The translations under genes and the position numbers were made by a program. Under the pieces are notes generated by a model. It did no database searches and was not told the origin of the DNA. It was given only the letters and a program-made list of their open reading frames with translations. From Ginglymostoma cirratum (taxonomy: Eukaryota): a stretch of DNA of 64,000 nt. Of the stretch, positions 13,982-26,906 are shown piece by piece. The first letter of the stretch is position 1. Every line of letters starts with the position of its first letter. Location: NCBI GenBank assembly GCA_024137785.1, contig JAHRHZ010000092.1, positions 563,770 through 627,769 on the forward strand, read 5' to 3'.

Positions 13982-14071
13982 GACAGCAAGGTGTGGGGCT
14001 GGATGGACACAGCAGGCCAAGCAGCATCAGAGGAGCAGGAAGGCTGATGTTTCGGGCCTAGACCCTTCTTC
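13982..14071 (-). mobile_element. 90-bp Penelope 3'-end insertion in the V3 promoter
   Basis: 16-bp TSD agcacgctaattctga at 13966-13981 and 14072-14087. Confidence 0.88.
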
Positions 14072-14178
14072 AGCACGCTAATTCTGATTGGATAGAACGA
14101 GGTAGAGATTCCTCAGTAAGCGGGTGTCGCATTGCAAGATCCCAAATTTCCTGTTCTCGATACGTCCCTTATTAAGGG

Positions 14179-14488
14179 GATAACGCCGTGTGGAGCTGGA
14201 GGAACACAGCAGGCCACGCAGCATCAGAGGAGCAGGAAAGTTGACGTTTCGGGACCCTTCTTCAGAAATGGGGGAGGGGTAAGGGAGCTCCGAAATAAAT
14301 AGAAGAAATGTGGGGCTGGTGAAGGTAGATTTCGGAGCTCCCTTCCCCCTCCTCCATTTCTGAAGAAGAGTTCCGACCCGAAACGTCAACTTTCCGGCTC
14401 TCCTAAAGCTGCCTGGCCTGCTGTGTTCCTCCAGCTCCGTACTGCGTTATCTCTGACTTCAGCATCGGCAGTGCTTACTATCTCTGAG
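14179..14488. mobile_element. Short inverted Penelope-derived element just upstream of the V3 ATG
   Basis: Palindromic PLE 3' ends; TSD cttattaaggg at 14168-14178 and 14489-14499. Confidence 0.88.
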
Positions 14489-14516
14489 CTTATTAAGGGA
14501 AAATTGGAGACACAAG

Positions 14517-14991
14517 ATGTATCTGTTACTGGGCATTATGATCATATTTCACTGTAAGAAGGTTTACAAACGATATTTTCTGTTGTTCAGCTTTACTTTC
14601 TCCTTCGCTTTTTACGTTTCTCTCATACTCTCACCTCCCTTTGGTTCTTCAACGTTGACCTAAATGTTCCAATTTACTAGTTTTGTTTGTCCTAGTTGCC
14701 GACTCGCAGACGATCCAACAAACTCCCGCAGCTGTCTCCAGCAATCCTTGGGAGAGAGTAGAACTGAATTGCACTGTGCTGGGTACCAGCGATCCTTACA
14801 TTTACTGGTACAGGCAACTCCCGGGGAAAGAGCCGCAGCTGATGTTTCACTCCCTTACTGCACGAAATGTGATTCCTAAGAAGCCGGTGGACGGTTTTAC
14901 CGCCTCCAGACCGAGTGACTCTGAGTTCTACCTGAAGACCTCCAGCCTGTGGCTAAATCACTCGGGCATGTACTACTGCGCCTGGAGTGTT
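14517..14991 (+). CDS. TRBV: TCR beta V segment V3 (TRBV30-like); leader 14517-14553, V exon 14696-14991
   Basis: Leader MYLLLGIMIIFH T|gtaag; acceptor gtcctag|TT; open frame DSQTIQQTP...LNCTV...YWYRQ...NHSGMYYCAWSV. Confidence 0.93.
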
Positions 14992-15030
14992 CACAGTGAC
15001 TCAGAGAGATGAAGTAGTTCAACAAAAACC
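14992..15030 (+). promoter_or_regulatory. 23-RSS of V3
   Basis: CACAGTG + 23 nt + ACAAAAACC. Confidence 0.97.
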
Positions 15031-15419
15031 CCAAAATTGGCAGGAAACAGCTGTTTTCGTCAAAACAGTGCTTTGCCTTGATCCGCTGTATTTGCTTGCA
15101 GAGCGAACATGTTCTTCAATGTGAGAGAAGAGTTACTGGAAGCTAAGTTGAGGAATACTGAGAAGCGTGAAAAGGGAACTGCGCAAGGAGGTTCCCAGAA
15201 ACGAGAAACTACAAGAAAGACTCAAAGTGATCAATTCATTTGTGTTGAAACTGCAACATTGAGAACAAAACCTAAAAAGCTCTTTATAATCATGAAAAGA
15301 TTGCTTTCAGAAAAGTTTGTGATCTGGAAGGCCAGGATCAGAATAAGTATGAGTCACAAATAATCCTGAAAGGAAATCCAGGAGAAACACGGCGAGTGTA
15401 AAATAAAGGGATATAAAAT

Positions 15420-16140
15420 TAAATAAAATTCTACAGGATGTGCAGGAGCAGTGTGACCTGCGTGTACGTGTGTTTTAGTTATTAAATGTGGTGGAGGGAG
15501 CCGTTATTAAAACATACAGTATTCTAGTCTTCGTAAATAGGGAAGGTAAAGTGCAAGAGCAGGGAGATTCTTACGGATTTATTTAACTTTATTTAAGTTA
15601 GATCTCAGCTGCAGCAGTGTGAACAGTTCTGGGCTTGAAGCTGTGAATGCAATCGAGAGAGTGCAGAAGAGGTTTATGAGAATAGTCCCAGGGATGTGAC
15701 ATTTCAGTTCTGGGGATAGACTGACAAAATTAGAACTGGTCTCCTTGGTGGGGAGAAGGCAAACGAAGATTTGATAGAAGTTTTGAAAATCGAGGCATGT
15801 TGACAGAGTAGATAGGGTGAAATAGTTCCCACTTAGAAAATGGTCGAGAACCAGAGGGTACACTTGAAAGGTGTTTTGCAAAAGAAGCAATTACGAGCCG
15901 AGGAAAAACTTTTCAACACAAGAGAGTAATTAGGATATGGAAGGCACTACTTGGAATTATGGCGGAGGCAAGTTTTACTGAGGTACTCAAGAGGACGTTA
16001 GACGTTTATTTAACAGAAACAATGGGCAGGGTTATGAGGAAACAACATAAGACTTTTAACGAAGTTAAGATGCTCGGAACTCCTCGCAGACTTGATGGGC
16101 TGAATGATTTCTTCTTACACTGTAATGATCCTGTGATTTG
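15420..16140 (+). mobile_element. Old CR1 3' fragment
   Basis: gagagagtgcagaagaggtttatgagaatag and other CR1 C-terminal motifs, heavily decayed. Confidence 0.65.
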
Positions 16141-17220
16141 AACGTGAACCTCCTACAAAGAGGTTAGAGAAAACAGAGTGGTGCATTAAATATGTTGGTG
16201 TGAGGTTTAGAAACAGGTGGCAGCAAAATTCAACAAGGCTATATGACCATACATTGATGGGTCCAGCATGATTTCCATGGGTTGAGCTCGTTCAGCCAGT
16301 AGACCTTGTCCGTTTTAAACAGTTGGCGAATTTCGGTCTGCATAAAACACATGACAATGACATATATGGAAAGAAAGAAAACAAAAGAACTGGTGATTTC
16401 TTTCAGCAATTGTACAGCCCAGCGCGTTCTTGGACAATGTTACGCTGCAAGAACACAGGCGCAGGAAGAGATCGGAAACCTCTTAAGAGTCCCCTCCACG
16501 ACTCTAATGAGGTTAGAGCTGGTTATTAACCTAGATGCATTAATCCAGCTCCCATCCTAAATATTATTCGTGTCAAAGTGGAAAAACAAAACTTCAACGT
16601 TTTTCACCCTCAATTTTCTTTACTCAACACAGACAAGTTGGTGTAAATTGTCCTTATTAATTAAATCCTTAAATCCTTAATTCACTAAGCACTCCCTCTA
16701 AGTCTAATGCATCCTCCCTGTGTTATGTGCCCAGGACTGACATACATTTTCTAAGTGGAATCTGCTCAGTATTCTCAATAACAACTTCTTCCACGTTGAA
16801 TTCCGTTCTCTTGAAATAGAGGCTAGCCTTTGATTAGATTTCATGATGCATTCTAAAATTATCCAGAAGTGGCACCTGCAGAGTTATTTGTTTTCCACCA
16901 ATTTGTAGGAAACTGATTTCTTTTGCTTTGGCAGATCGTGGATAACCCGAGAGATGTCCATGTTAAACTATCCGCTCCTGTTTTGTCCACCTATTTCTAC
17001 TTCTACTTCTACTTTGAAACCCCCCGCTTAATTCTACTTTCCTTCAGCCAATCACGGAGGATGGGGTGCGATTTTCAGACAGAGTGGGAGGAGTATGTTG
17101 TTCAAACCTGCATCACTTCCTCGCTCCCTTTATATTTTCTAAGTCATTTGAAAGCTTTCGTTTGGTTGGATTTTGTTCATTTGACTATTTTTCGGGTTAC
17201 AAGAAAACTTGAAATAAAAT

Positions 17221-17680
17221 ATGCATCTGTTAGTGAGTCTCATAATTTTATTTCGATGTGTGATATTTTTATCAGTTCCTTTCTTAAAGTTATAATTTGT
17301 TTCATTTATCTTTCTCCAACTACTTGACTGATCTTCTCTTCTCTCCATCTCTTCCTCAGACGGGAACTCAGCGACAGTCCATCCGACACCCCCATCCGTT
17401 CCCAATGTTGTTCAGGAGAGAGGGGAACTGAAGTGCATTGTAGAGTTGGCCAGCAATGATTATATATACTGGTACATACAATACCCGGGGAACGAGCTAT
17501 AGCTGATGCTTTACTCCAGTACTGTCGAGTATTTGATTCCAGAGTGGACGATTTCACCGCTGAGCGACCAAATACTTCTGAGACCAATCTGAAGTCCTCC
17601 AGCCTCCGAGCGAATCACTCGGCCGTATTTTCCTGCACCCGGACACTAACTCAGAGAGAGGGTGCAGCTCAACAAAAACT
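17221..17680 (+). pseudogene. TRBV: TRBV30-like pseudogene V4 (leader 17221-17257, V exon from 17360)
   Basis: Leader MHLLVSLIILFR; ELKCIV...YIYWYIQYPG; in-frame TAG, frameshift before VDDFTAERP, ends NHSAVFSC; heptamer decayed (gacacta) but family spacer and ACAAAAACT nonamer retained. Confidence 0.9.
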
Positions 17681-19139
17681 GACAAAGACAACAGGAAAAA
17701 TATGACAGAAGCAGACACAGCTTTGTTCACCTTTTGAAGAGTGACCGTTTCGATTACAATGAGAATAGGCTGCTCGAATAAATAAAACAAAATGTTGATA
17801 TAAAGGCATTGGAATTGGATTAATAAAGATGAGTCCGCAACTGAAAGTCGATGACTGTTGTCGAGTGGAACTGTATTTTTTTTTCTCTGCAGAATCAGCA
17901 GATGGCTCTCGAGGTCACATGTCTCGTCCATGGTTCCTCAAGGCCATGGATAGAGGAGGAGGCTATTCAGCTGGGACGGAAAGAAAGACAATTCGTTTTT
18001 CATGGATTTATCCTGGAAACGTGGGAACTGCTCAGCTTTTCTTGAAGTTATTACTCAGGAATATCAGGAGATTATTTAACTATTTGCATCTATGAAGGGA
18101 TGGATTCTATGCCTTGAGATTTTTCAGTAATCGTGGCAGATCCAGTTCTTTGCTCTTTCTCCCCGTCATATTTATTACTTCGCGAAGTGTTACAAGCAAA
18201 ATCTACCAGCATGAAGGTTGAAACCTTCAATTAAACCCACAACCTCGTGGGCATTCTGCGGGTGCAGACTTCCACTTTGTATGATCTTTACTCTTATTTG
18301 TCTGTATGGTATTTAACTGCAATTAGTCTCTAAAATGCTGCTGTTTGAGTCCTAGCTGTTTCCAATTTAAAATAAAAACTGCAAGTTCAGAAATTTCTGG
18401 CCACCAAACTGGCAGTTGCACGCTTGAATAACACTTTGTAATGGCTAAATGATCTAGCTGAATTCTCTGAAGAGTTTCAGATATTACTGCTCCTGGTATC
18501 ACTAATTACTCTTCGAAAATCATTGATGACAGTAAGGTATCAACTCAGCTCCAATTAGTGGCAGAAGATGTAAGATTTTATTCTACAGTCTGGGCAACTC
18601 CATCGAGAACTTAAGATACATTCTACATACTTATCAAGATATATTCTACATCACAGTTTTGAGCTTCCTGAAATTTGTACTTTTCTTTCTGTAGATGGTA
18701 ATTCTCTTGTGACATCTGAGATTTAGACTTCAATTTCCGAAATGAAGTCGAAATCTGTTTTCACTCTGCAATTACTATTACCTTGAATGGTGTCTGGTAC
18801 TTCACCTGCACGGATTCAATGGCTGAGCCACACCTCGTCAGCCTCGATTGAATTCAGAGGTGGCGTCTTAGTTGTCTCTATTTTGTATTCAGCAGTGACC
18901 AATGGTTTATAGTCGGTTTCAACCTTAAACAATAATTAGAGTTGTTGGTTAGTTCGCCGATATGACTGGTTTTCATGCAAAAGTTTCATATCCCTCGTCG
19001 GTGACAGCACCATCAGTCCGTTGAAGGGTTGGACAGCACTGACGATGTCACCTAGAAATCAAACGAAACGTTTGCATGAAAACCACTCAGCTCCGCGAAC
19101 CAACCAACAACTCCAACCACAAACCGGGCTACAGATCTT

Positions 19140-19330
19140 CGTTAAAACCTTAGACGATAATCTTATCATATAGTCAGAAGATTTTTTGCACGCCCACGCT
19201 AAAATCTCCGCTTCAATCCATGCATATTGCTGATCCGTCTCAACGAGTGGTCTAGGAGCATAATGGGCAGGCTTCTTCTTTTCATCTTCCTTTACCTGAA
19301 AGAGTACAGTCTCCAATCCTGGTGAAAATG
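19140..19330 (-). mobile_element. Ty3/Gypsy pol (RNase H) remnant
   Basis: KPAHYAPRPLVETDQQYAWIEAEILAWACKKSSDY resembles the Gypsy RNase H consensus PVAYASRxLxxxEQRYAQIEKExLAxxWAC. Confidence 0.65.
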
Positions 19331-19489
19331 CATTGGGTGCTATTATGGTCACAAACTGTGGATCAATGTATGCCAGAACTTCTAATCATGAATTGCCTGA
19401 GTGAATCACTCTTTTCACTGTTAACCTTCGTGTGCTCCCTGTCTCAAAGACCGATTTGCTTCTGCCATATTTGGCAATGGCAGTTCATA

Positions 19490-20220
19490 AAAACATAGAA
19501 AATAGGAGCAGGAGGGAGCTATTCGGCCCTTCGAGCCTGCTCCGTCATTCTTCACAATCATGGCTGATCGTCCAACTCAATAACCTAATCCAACTTCCTC
19601 CCCATAACCTCTGATCCCATTCGGCCCAAGTGCTATATGTAATCGCCTTTTGAATACATTCACTGTTTTGGCATCAACTACTTCCTGTGGTAATGAATTC
19701 CACAGGCTCACAACTCCACCTGGTACACCTTCGAGGGAATATTTGAAACTCCGTAATTTGCTGGTGACGGAAAATCTTTATTAGACCATAAGACCATAAG
19801 AAATAGGAGCAGAAATTAGGCCATTTGGCCCATCGAGTCTGCTCCACCATTCAATCATGGATGATAAGTTCCTCAACCCCATTCTCCTGCTTTCTCCCGT
19901 AACCCTTGATCCCCTTGATAATCAAGAACCTGTCTATCTTAGTCTTAAATATACTCAATGACCTGGCCTCCACAGCCTTCTGTGGCAGTGAATTCCATAG
20001 ATTCACCACTCTCCAGCTGAAGATGTTTGTCCTTATCTCCATCCTAAAAGGTCTTCCCTTTACTCTAAGGCTGTGCCCTCAGGTCCTAGTCTCTCCTACC
20101 AATGGAAGCATCTCCACAGCATCCACTTTTTCCAGGCCATTCGGTATGATATAAGTTTCAATTAGACCACCACCACCACCCCCCCCCAATCCTTCTAAAC
20201 TCCAATAAGTATAGTCCCAG
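19490..20220 (-). mobile_element. CR1 3'-end fragments (two copies)
   Basis: WRVVNLWNSLPQKAVEA; catagaaaataggagcagg and agaccataag tails. Confidence 0.8.
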
Positions 20221-23054
20221 TATTGGTCGTGGTGTTCTGGGGTTGATTGGGATCCCAGGAGCTTGGAGTTTATGCAAACTCCCACTTCTTATTCAACATT
20301 GGAGTTGCAATCTGACGTAATCTCCTGACTGCCCTAACTCTTCAGTCATGTTCTCCAAGGTAGTGCCATGTCGTTCATGTGACATATTACACCATTAATG
20401 CACACCCATCAGTTTGTAGGAATGCTTTGGCAAATTCCAGGGGCATATGCTATTTAAAAGTGGTTGACTTCTTTAATTGATATCACCTTAAACGGTGAGA
20501 CAAAGTTAGTCAGATTTCTGGAATCTGCATTGGGTTGTTGCTGGAAACAACTGTTGTATCCATTTTGGTGAATAGTATTCTCACCTAGATTTTCACCTAT
20601 TGAAGGTCAACCTGCTAAGTCAAAATATGCGTTTAACCAAATAAACAAAACAGCGGACCGTTAGATTTGGCTAAATGTCATTGCTTTTGATTCAGATTAT
20701 TACTGTCCCAGTAGAATTAGGAACTGTAGCCATTACTGAACACTGAACTCTCGAAACTGTAACCGGTGAAATTACACCTTGTCTGAGTCGATAATATTTT
20801 TAGAACTTATACAGAAGTAGATGCGACCTTTGTAGTGTGACAGTGGGTTGGTTTTACATTCTCTCTGAGGCATTGTGATATTCTATCTTCAATTTTCCCA
20901 AATCTATCAACCATCTTGGGAACTCCCTTCCAAAATCACGTCCTCTATCTGCACCTGTCATTCCTGTGAATTAACTTTATCTTTAAGCATATATTCCTTA
21001 ATTAAGCAGGGGAACATTTCTGGATGTCAAACTGAGACTCAGTTGTTTCTTTTGAATCTGACCTTCGATGTGATATGGCCCTCTGAGTTAATTTCCTCCA
21101 AATCCCCGTTATTTAATTGAGGAACGTTGCAATGTTTTCTTTTAAAGCCACGGAAACTGGCCTGATAACACCGAGACACTGTCTGCTGACCAGCTTAACA
21201 CACTTTAGAATTTATTTCCAGAATTGTTTATTTCTCCCATAAATATTGAACTTTTAAGCGTTTATGGCGTTTCCACTTCATAGACCTGCTTTGGTTTCAC
21301 AGACATTGTCTGTTCATTAACTTCAACACACTGGACCTGTTGTACTCTGAAACCCTTAGAAAGTAAAGTGGTCAACCCTCTATCTGGTCTGGGTTGGAAA
21401 TAGGGATTCCAACGCAGTGGAGATTCTAGTCACTGTCTGCTTCATGGAATGTGTTGGGAATTGAGGTCCACGTAAAGGCGAATTTTCCTATTTTTCCTAT
21501 TCAGCATGAGATATAATTTCACTGTTGCTAGAGCAGTAACTGGCTTTCTAAACTTCCAAATCCAGATGAAGATAGAGCGCAGACTGTGTGAAGACTCAGG
21601 GAAGAATTTCTTACACTTAAGATGGAGAATAGGATATTTTCTTCAACGTACTTTAATGAGAACGACCATAGTCTGTGCCAACAACCTGTTTATTCGCTAG
21701 CAGCTTTGTCATAGGCTACGTATTCTTCTTTGTATTGTAAATAATTAATTTACTTAATGTATTGCTATTGTCGGCTAAATGTATTAAATGCATCTCTAAA
21801 CGTATTGTCTACTTTATACTAGCTAAATTGTTGCTTCTTATGCTTAAACTATCCAGAAATTCTTTACACACAAACACAGAGAGAGAGAGGAGGGTGGGGT
21901 GAGGGGGGAGAGAGAGAATTATTTACAAGTAGCCGGCTGCATAGATCTCGGGCATTGTGGTCACGAGCTCGCAAAACCTAACGCAGGATCTTATCAGAAA
22001 ATGTCAAGCTTTGAAAGGTCTAATAAGAAAGGTATTGCGTCCCCCGCCCCAACTTCGCTCCCCCACCCCAGCGGACTTCTCTCACATCCATAAAACACAA
22101 TTGAATGCATTAGTTCCTTTGGCTAAGCAACTTATTTGCAAGCCACGCAGAGCGAGTTCATTTTGGGTACCAGCTGAGGTCAGCATGACGGGCTCACTCC
22201 TCGACCGACGGTTGAATGAGAGACTACTCTGTAGTATTATGGAAACATTCAATCAGAACATAATCGGATCATAATCGCTGTTTCCACAGTGAACCTGAAC
22301 TTTCCCCTTCAACTGATTCGTCATGTGCCTTTCAATATTTGTGTGGGCGGTGGCGTAGCGGTAATGTCACCAGTAATCCAGAAGCCCAGGTTAATATTCT
22401 GGGGACAAAAACAGAAGTTGCTGGAAAAGCTCAGTAGGTCTGGCAGCATCCGTGAAGAAAACAAAATCAAAGTTAACGTTTCGGGTCCCGTGACCCTTCC
22501 TCAGAATATTCTGGGAACATCGTTTCGATGGTGAAATTTTAAATGAATTTAAATCGGAATAAAAAGCAACCTTCGTAGCAACCATGTGAGCAGTATCGAT
22601 TGTCGCAAAAATGTCTTCTCTAATGAATTCCCTTCAGGCAAAAAAATCTGCGTCCCTTACCTGGTCTGGCCTACATATGACTCCAGACCCAGAGCCATGT
22701 TGCAAATAGAAAATGCTAGAGCTCACAGCGGGTCAGGCAATATCCATGGAGATAGAGAGCAAGCTAAAGTTTCGAGTCTAGACGACTTTTCATCTGAGCA
22801 ATATGACTGACTCTTAACTGTCCTTTGGGTAGTTATGGATGGGCAATAAATACCGCCCACATTCCAAGCACGAATTTTTAAAAAAAGTCGCGTTTCTCCC
22901 AATAAACCAATCGGAGATCAAGGGGCGGTGCTGATATTGGGAAAAGCCGAATCTATTGGGAGTAGCTGGATTGTCAATCAAGGAGCGAGGGGTGGAGCAC
23001 TATATTTCAATACAGTTTCGCAAATGCGATTGTTTAAACAGAAATCTTGCAGTG

Positions 23055-23093
23055 CACAGTGACTCAGACAGAGGGAGCAGCTCAGCAAAAACC
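23055..23093 (+). promoter_or_regulatory. Orphan V-type 23-RSS with no leader or V exon upstream
   Basis: CACAGTG + actcagacagagggagcagctca (23 nt, family spacer) + GCAAAAACC; downstream flank resembles other V flanks; upstream is promoter-like DNA only. Confidence 0.92.
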
Positions 23094-23929
23094 ATTAAGG
23101 TTGCACGAAACAGGTGAGAACGCGAAAACAGGTGTTGCGTTCGGTTTCTCTTCGACGCAGTGAATGCGTTTTGACAGAAAAGGAAGTGCGGTAACATTAA
23201 ATGGTGAGCGAATAGATAGTGGGGATGATTAACAAGGATTCGCCTGAATTTGAGAGTTTTGGTCCCTGTAGACAGTGTGCCATTCCACAGAATTCAACCA
23301 TCAACAGATGGCGCTGGAAAAGCACGAAAATGACCCGTGCCGAACACACAGTTAAAGGGGAACACAGGTACACAGAAAGATATTCAGTCCTTGTGAACTG
23401 ATAATGTAAGGAAAGAAAGAGGCCGCTTGTTTTCCCTGAATTTGTTGTTCAGGGTCTGGAAGAAGCCATTGAAGTTGAAGGGGCTGCCAGGAGAAAGAAA
23501 TTCTTGTTTTATTCGTACATACGATGTGGGCGACTCTGGCTAGGCCAGCATTTATCACTCATTTGATTGAAGCCATTCCTGGAGTTGTTACACAGGACTG
23601 CGAGCAATCTATTCAGCCGTTAGCGTCTGAGAAGGAGGCGATACAGGACCTTGATACTGTTCAGTCATACATTTAGGTCATGTGCCATCATGAATGATTG
23701 GGTTCTTAGCTTCACTTGAGGCCTTTCGACGCTATATCTGAATGTACGAGTACAGCAAAAATGTTCCAGTTTGATTTGGTGTTGAAACCTCCGAGCATCA
23801 CCACGATATGTGCCTCATAATAACATCCCAAAGAGCCTGGTTTAGACTTGTTGATATTTCAGATGTTTCAGACACAGTTCCCCTCCTCCCATCCGCCCCC
23901 GCCCCCTCCCACCCTCCTCCCCCTCAGAT

Positions 23930-25230
23930 ACATAGAACATAGGACAGTACAGCACAGGAGCAAGCCCTTCGACCCACGAAATACCAAATTAAACTAATCC
24001 CTTCTGCCTGCTCATGGTTCCTTGATGAACCCACCATTCCTGGCTTATTCATGTGCTTCTCTCAAAGACCCTTAAACTCTCCTATCGTATCTGCCTCCAC
24101 TACAATCCCCGGCAGCGTCCAGACACCTATAGCTGTCTGTTTAAAAAAAAAACTTGGCTGTCATATCTCCTTTGAACTTTCCCTTCTCACCTTAAATGAA
24201 TGCCCCCTAGCATTTGACATTTGAAGGCTGGGGGAAAAAAGATTCTGCCAACACTATTTATGTATCTGCTAATTTTATACTGCTATCAGGTCTCCCCTCA
24301 GCCTACACCGCTCCAGAGAAAGCAACCCGAGTTTGCCCAGCCTCTCCTTTTAGCTCATAATCTCTAATCTAGGCAGCATCCTGGTAAACCAGGATTGGCC
24401 TCTCCAAAGCCTCCTCATCTGCGATAGGGTTAGGGTTAGGGTTCCTGTAATGTGGCAAGCAGAATTGAAAACAATACAAAACGTGCGGCCTGACCAAGTT
24501 TTATAAAGCTGAAAAATGACTCTTGTACTGAATTTACCGACCATTAAAGACAAGCATGCCATACGCCTTCTTTAACACCCTATCTACTTGTGAGGTCACT
24601 TTCAGGGAGCTATAGACTAGGACCCCAAGATCCCTCTGGACATCAATGTTGTTAAGGGCCTTGCCATTAACTGTACACTTTCCCAGAAATCACACGACAC
24701 CAGTTTACAGTGCAGTAGGTTTATTTGAAATCACAAGCTTTCGAAGCGTAGCCCTTCGTCACCTGATTTCAAATAAACCTGTTGGACTGTAACCTGGTGT
24801 CGTGAGAATTCTGACTTTGTCCATCCCAGTCCAACACTGGTACCTCCACATCCTGTATACTTTGCCTTAACATTTGATCTCCCAAAGCGCAGAACTATCC
24901 GAATTAAACTCCACCTGCCATTCCTCCGTCCATATCTGCAACTGGTCTATATCCCACTGTATCCTTAACATTGTCCACAAATCTCGCGGTCTTTGTGTCG
25001 TCTGCAAATTTACTAACCCAACCATCTTTTCTTCATCATTTTCACCATCATCGTTTTCTTCCAAGTCATTTATATCAATCACAAACAACAGTGATCCCTG
25101 CGGAACACCACTAGTCACGGACCTCCAGCCAGAAAAATACCTATCCATCACTACTTTCTGTTTCTTATGGACAAGGCAATTCTGAATCCAAACGGCCAAA
25201 TCACCGTGAAACTGATGCATCCTATACCTG
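23930..25230 (-). mobile_element. CR1 LINE 3' fragment
   Basis: WRSVTSGVPQGS, WQVEFN; CR1 tail catagaacatagg. Confidence 0.85.
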
Positions 25231-26906
25231 AAGATGCCAAACGAATCTTCCTCCCCCTATCATGCGTAAAAAAAGCCTTTTAAAATAAAGCTGCTTAATG
25301 ATTTGTAACACTAATCAATTTTGATATTCTATAAAAACATTTGTTATCGGTTACGGTAAAAAGCCCAGTCTCTTTTGAAGATCAAACAAAATGTCTGCAA
25401 TGGGAGGTTGTTTGGGTGGTGGTGGAGGCGGGGGTGGGGTGGGGCGCCGGTCGTAGTATGGTGGGAGTAGGCGATGCGGCGGGTTGGAGATAGTGGCGGT
25501 GGTGGTCGTCATGTAGGTGTATTGAGCACTCCGGAGACGACCATGTGATATGGTTGTAACCAGGAACACCTCCAACGTGTATAGAATCTCAACAGCAGTT
25601 TTCATGCCTTAACGCAAAAGAGACACCGATGTTTAGGCCTTGACAGGAAGGGAGAGAGAGGCAGAAGAAGGTGGAGAGATGGAAATGTACGTTCGATGAT
25701 GAAGCAGACACATTATTTTTGTAAGAGAATTTGCTAGAGAACTTTTTCTATTGCTTGGAGAAATTGAAGTTGTGGAAGTTTAAGCGCTTTGAAATTAATA
25801 GAGTGGCGCTTGCAACGGTTCGAAAATTGTCAGGAGGCTAAGTGAAATGGCTTTCAAAAGCCTCTGGAAGGCTCACCCTCAGCTGACAAGGAGACGGATC
25901 CTGCGGGAAATCTTGAAGCAGTTTGGAACTTAATCTGCTGCTACATAGGCATATAGTAGCTGAGAATTGACGATCTCAATTAACAAGAGTAACCATTTTC
26001 GTCGTGTTAATTAGTGTATGAGAGTTTTTCCTTAGATTTCCATTTTAATTGTCTTTTAAGTGAGGTTTCGTCTACCTTGAAGTTCATTTGTTTGCCACGG
26101 TAAAAGTTTATTGTTTGCCCGAAATTTAGCTTCCCGAGCTACTCTGCCATTCAGTAAGAGCAGAACGGACCTGATTGTGGCCTTATCTCTGCATTTCTGA
26201 ACTGCCTTACTCCTCTTTAACCTAGACTCCTCACAACTTCAAATCTCTGTACACCTTCCGTTTGAATATATTCCATGACAGTGCCACAACTCGCTGAAGT
26301 CGTGAATTCCAAAGATTCATGACCGCTGAGAACTATTCATTTTCTCCGTTTTAAATGAGTTGTCCCCAATCAACGTAAACTTAACGTTTTAGATTCTCGA
26401 CACGGGCGACATATCCTGTCAAAACCTACACTGACAATTAATCCTCAACATTATATGTTGGAATAAGATAAACTTCTAAACTGCATTTTAAGCACGTGGT
26501 GGGCATCACCGCGGAGAGAACACTTTCTCTTGATTAAACTTCTTCTGCCCATCATTCACAGTTCAATTCGATAATCCATTTAATTCGATAATCTTTAATA
26601 TTTTAAATTCAAAGCAATGCCAGCGATGTCGGGCATGCTCCAAACTCACCGGCCCCCAGCCTTTTAAACCTCGCGATAATTCTGATTAACTTTGATCCCT
26701 GCAGTTTTGACCGGACCGCTAATTTCTTCAGCTGTCTTTGCAACTTCCTGCTCCTGGCAGCTCCTGATATTCCACGAGGAAGTGAGGCGCGGTTCTAATA
26801 ATGGAGAAGGGTGAGGCCATTATCTCAGGGGGAAGAGGCTGGACGCCAATCAAAAAGAAGAGGTAGGAGGTTAGTATCTTCTGCGTTCACATTACCGACC
26901 ATAAAG

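Noticed and set aside
14179-14488. Palindromic short elements as MITEs or DNA transposons
   Set aside because: The arms match the 3' end of the RT/GIY-YIG Penelope element and TSD lengths vary (8-16 bp), which indicates PLE origin.
25400-25520. G-rich, CpG-containing tract with a poly-Pro ORF on the minus strand
   Set aside because: Low complexity with no gene structure; G-quadruplex potential alone is unspecific.
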